DNA from: Planctomycetales bacterium
GTDB taxonomy: Bacteria; 4484-113
NCBI GenBank assembly: GCA_037445915.1
Contig: JBBIJQ010000024.1
Span: forward strand, 1,340 to 30,988
DNA length: 29,649 nucleotides
Reading direction: 5' to 3'
How positions within the stretch are numbered: position 1 is the stretch's first letter; every line of letters begins with the position of its first letter. Made by a program: the position numbers and the translations under genes. Below are positions 27,401 to 29,649 of this stretch, piece by piece. Under the pieces are notes generated by a model. The model saw only the letters and a list, made by a program, of their open reading frames with translations, had not been told where the DNA came from and did not search any database.

Positions 27401-28215
27401 TGCGCCTGGTCGTGCAGCGCAGCGACGTCCTCGTCAAGCGTGGAGATGATGTCGCGCACGCGGGTCAGGTTGCGCTGAGTGCGCTCAAGCCTGCGCGCGA
27501 TGGTCGTCTTGGCGCGCAGCAGCAATGCTACGCCGCTCGCCTCGCCGAGCCATTCGCGGATTTCCTGCGGGGATGAGAGCAGCTTCTTCTCAACTTCGCC
27601 CTGGTTGATTGAATACGCGGCGAAGCGGCCAAGCTGGAAGCGCGCGAAAGTGCGGTCTATCGTTGAAAGGCGCGCAGCCTTGCCGTTAATCTGGTAATCG
27701 GAAAGCCCTTCGCGGTATGCCTTGCGGCTAAGCGTGATGAGGTCGCCGGGCTGAAGCCTCGCCAGCCCATACGGGTCGGGCTCGGCAACGCCTTCGCTTG
27801 CGCCTTCATCGCCCGCAGCATCATCGCCTTCGCCGGCTTCACCTAGCTCGCTGCCGAAGGGGAGCGAGGCATAGTCGCCCGCCTCGTCGTCTTCGGGAAG
27901 GTGAATCAGCTCAGGCTCTATATCGCCTGCGCCCGCGCCCTCGTCGTCGCCCAGGTATTCAAACGTCAGCGAAACGCGCGCGAGGTTTTGAGCGGGATGC
28001 GTTTTGGTGCCGCCGAATATGATGTCGGACAAGCGCCCGACGCGCAGGACTGTCGGCTTTTGCTCGCCGAAAACGAAGTGAATCGCGTCAAGCACGTTGC
28101 TCTTGCCCGCGCCGTTTGGTCCGACAATTCCAAGAAGGTCGTAGTCGGTCTCAACGGTCGTGGGCAAGGCAAAGCTCTTGAAGCCGTTTAGGTCTATTTT
28201 AGTTAGCCTGAGCAC
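24409..28215 (-). CDS. smc: Chromosome segregation protein SMC
   Basis: GFKSFA, Walker A GPNGAGKSN, Q-loop INQG, long coiled coils, signature LSGGE, Walker B/D-loop LDEVDAALD and ITH; classic smc-ftsY synteny. Likely start GTG 28215 (the ORF is open to 28260); TGcTATAAT at 28281-28289. Confidence 0.93.
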   Translation of the reverse strand: MLRLTKIDLNGFKSFALPTTVETDYDLLGIVGPNGAGKSNVLDAIHFVFGEQKPTVLRVGRLSDIIFGGTKTHPAQNLARVSLTFEYLGDDEGAGAGDIEPELIHLPEDDEAGDYASLPFGSELGEAGEGDDAAGDEGASEGVAEPDPYGLARLQPGDLITLSRKAYREGLSDYQINGKAARLSTIDRTFARFQLGRFAAYSINQGEVEKKLLSSPQEIREWLGEASGVALLLRAKTTIARRLERTQRNLTRVRDIISTLDEDVAALHDQAQDALRHEYLGELRRWLAGKLIRGRLLSAAARYEKVAAERAGHAERTAKLEESIAARRSELEQAERDAAEALRQNRELVDELARLREEHSRLRISDSVMQEKGRSLALRIQEETARLQSSRLRLEEIGKMRAGLDERVAGSAKLLEEADGMLRKAEELVLREENSLSWLRDEMNAAGKRRSDAERELAVTKEKLANSQRDRQICERRIKEIEADRQTRAEELSKLQSSRDQLSLDFVAKEERLTAEQRRLEEMRAQFTKLSDDLRASERELASVNERASYLAAMKNTYEALKADFYATGESASALQLTPLLDLISFEDEWSEAVELALGEVAKAFVIADGNGEQIVGEPSLHGIFIAPQNLAAETQQKPWESLWGFLHGERRVISALRTALGEIAVVNTAADAQALLAEHSGLSGCLIRPALTLLTRGVIRKPGAPEATLLFHKHAELPRVDEEIVALAEKRVVIEERVRSLDEQRNRFAGEITHWDKAVRNLQVMSVDLRSKLTEAESREKGVSGEREKLAAQHKALVAQLSELNALEQSLQAKHETLAAELQKMGGETERQAANLKASEERLIQHREKIRELENGRLRIAGEREVVDAECARLARETSALEAECARNEAARAGMESELATLTREQTANAESLKALAEKLAASESDASGFTARQTELAAWREQLNSELQSLLDSQQRLAASSTDQNERMWQAESELAEVFREVHGSLGISVITMMHELERDIVRPQVQPSEFHPSFGAVKAVETVDAPAREMAPMLDYRAIGEKDCREELSRVERALANLGEVNPLAPREYAEKRQRLTFLQRQEEDLQLAAADTQNALERLDAQTKERFAASLKRIEAKFNELFVQLFGGGFARFRLTEPDNLTASGVEIEVQLPNGRRQNLKSLSGGERSLLFIALFIAVHMVRPGSFCVLDEVDAALDDVNVVRLLRLLQDLSQQEQFIIITHNKHTMKVMQRLVGVVTQPRGVSRVLEVTLKQAEGYVEGGAQ

Positions 28216-28330
28216 GCGTCCTGCCACAAGCCCCGCGCCTATTCGGTGCGCCTTCCGCACCCGCGCATGGGATGCAGGGGATTATAGCAGTCAGAGGCAG
28301 AATTGGGGGCTGAAAATCCCGCTTATCGTG

Positions 28331-28775
28331 CTACGGCGCGGTGAAGGTGCGCTTGCCGGCGGAGTTAGTCAGCGCGAGCGTCGAAGTGCCATCGTAGGCG
28401 AAGTTAAGCGAGGCGCGCGACGCCGAATTCGTCGTAGAAGGTCATCGCCGGCGTGCCGTCCATTTCGGTAATGAGCATTTCCCGGGAGCGCCCGACATCG
28501 TCGTAAAGGAACAGCCCGACCGAGTTGTTGCGCGCCACGCCCAGCTGCGCCCGTATCGCGTTGAGGTCGTCAACGATTTGGATCGTGTTCGCGCAGATAG
28601 CCCCCTGCGCGTTCCACCACTGCGGCACGGCGGAGAGGATGAATGCCAGTGAGATAACGGCAAACAGGCCGGCAAGGGAAAACGTCAGCACGCGGTTGTG
28701 CGCCTTGAAGCGGCTGAGCCGGGCTTCCAGGCCGTCAAGCCTCGTTTGCAGCGCGGTGTATTCGCAGCTATCCAT
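28331..28775 (-). pseudogene. Small membrane-anchored protein with 23-aa beta-repeats, apparently frameshifted near 28413-28419 (as written ends at TAA 28404)
   Basis: ATG 28775 with AGGAG SD; coiled coil, TM helix and two 23-aa repeats. A third repeat and the C-terminus (LNFAYDGTSTLALTNSAGKRTFTAP*) continue in another frame to TAG 28331. Confidence 0.65.
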
Positions 28776-28886
28776 CGGGATACTCCTGAGTTTATGCATG
28801 TAGCATTCGATACCCGGCTCGCACTGAAACAAGATGCGATGGTGGAAGCGGATTGCCAAAGCCCCGCCAATGCTAGAATTGGCGCG

Positions 28887-29519
28887 ATGAACGAACCGCA
28901 TGATGCGACACAAAGCGGCGACCACCGCGCGGGCGAGGGCTTCGCGCGGCTGGCGCAGATAATGCGGCGGCTGCTCGGCGAAGGCGGATGCCCGTGGGAC
29001 AGGGAACAGACGCTGGCGTCGCTGCGGCAATATGTCTTGGAGGAAGCGCAGGAAACCGCCGCCGCGATTGACGAGCTGCTGGCGGTGGAGGCGCAAGTGC
29101 GTGCCGCGCGCGGGCTGCCCCCTGACGATCCCACGCCGCCGCCGGGCTTCGCCACTTCGCACAACGACAAGGGCACGACGCACGCGCACCATCCCGCGCA
29201 GATTGACTTTGCGCAGGAAGCATCTGCGTCGGGCGCGCCGCTGGGCGATGGCGAGCTGCCCGATGAATTGCAGGCGAGGTGGGATGCGGCGAAGAAGCAC
29301 CTCGTCTTGGAGCTGGGCGACCTGCTGCTTCAGCCGGTGTTTCAGGGCGAGCTGGGCGCGCTCATGGGCTACTTCACGCTTGACGAAATCATCGCGGGCA
29401 TCTGCGAGAAGCTCATCCGCCGCCACCCGCATGTCTTCAGCGATGCCGAAGCTAAGACCGCCGAGGATGTGCTGGATAACTGGAAGAGGATTAAGGATGG
29501 GGAGAAAAGAGAGGGATAA
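28887..29519 (+). CDS. mazG: Single-domain MazG nucleotide pyrophosphohydrolase with about 70-aa internal insertion
   Basis: GCPWDREQT, YVLEEAQE, ELGDLLLQ, KLIRRHPHVF and NWKRIK; start reassigned to ATG 28887, with TGcTAGAAT 7 nt upstream. Confidence 0.88.
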   Translation: MNEPHDATQSGDHRAGEGFARLAQIMRRLLGEGGCPWDREQTLASLRQYVLEEAQETAAAIDELLAVEAQVRAARGLPPDDPTPPPGFATSHNDKGTTHAHHPAQIDFAQEASASGAPLGDGELPDELQARWDAAKKHLVLELGDLLLQPVFQGELGALMGYFTLDEIIAGICEKLIRRHPHVFSDAEAKTAEDVLDNWKRIKDGEKREG

Positions 29520-29648
29520 GGGATAAGAGGTTAGGGGTAAGCCCAGAACCGTAGGCCGCACTTTAGTGTGGCTCCGGTGTTCGGTGTTCGGTCAGATAGT
29601 GAGAGACTCATGATCATAACTGAGTACGCCGGGCTAACCAGCCCGGCT
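29513..29648 (+). repeat. Heptamer tandem repeats and two REP-like palindromes downstream of mazG
   Basis: gggataa gggataa gaggtta ggggtaa (29513-29540); gtaggccgcactttagtgtggctccgg (29551-29577); cggtgtt x2.5 (29575-29592); gtacgccgggctaaccagcccggct (29624-29648). Confidence 0.75.
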
Positions 29649-29649
29649 C

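Noticed and set aside
27765-29300. Inteins as the explanation for the SMC and MazG insertions
   Set aside because: Both are too short and lack the N-terminal C/S and C-terminal HN-C/S/T splice motifs.
28404-29561. 385-aa minus-strand ORF
   Set aside because: The first 262 codons are largely antisense to mazG and its flanks; only the part from ATG 28775 (with SD) looks protein-like.

Overview
A GC-rich bacterial chromosomal segment, mostly housekeeping genes, from a diderm organism whose lineage I cannot assign. In order: fabF (partial) and fabG; a divergent lpxA with an in-frame TAA at codon 58; a six-gene minus-strand operon; ftcD and an LpxL-type acyltransferase; folC, selA, a small membrane protein, mnmG, maf and a stand-alone dnaN; futalosine menaquinone genes mqnE-mqnA-mqnC; a Cys/Met PLP enzyme; smc-ftsY; a small frameshifted repeat protein; and a single-domain MazG with a large insertion. 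The six-gene operon is the best candidate for an undescribed system. It encodes a DUF6754-type protein and three uncharacterised membrane proteins (a possible new four-subunit membrane complex), a secreted penicillin-acylase-family Ntn hydrolase and a circularly permuted CcdA. Non-coding signals: a family of GTAN-led REP-like hairpins in intergenic mosaics, about seven apparently leaderless genes with (TGn)TAnnnT boxes 6-8 nt before the start, a bidirectional -10 in a 19-bp gap, and strong avoidance of TCGA and GATC. I recognised no rRNA, tRNA, CRISPR array, transposase or integrase. All calls come from motif recognition by eye; no searches were run.
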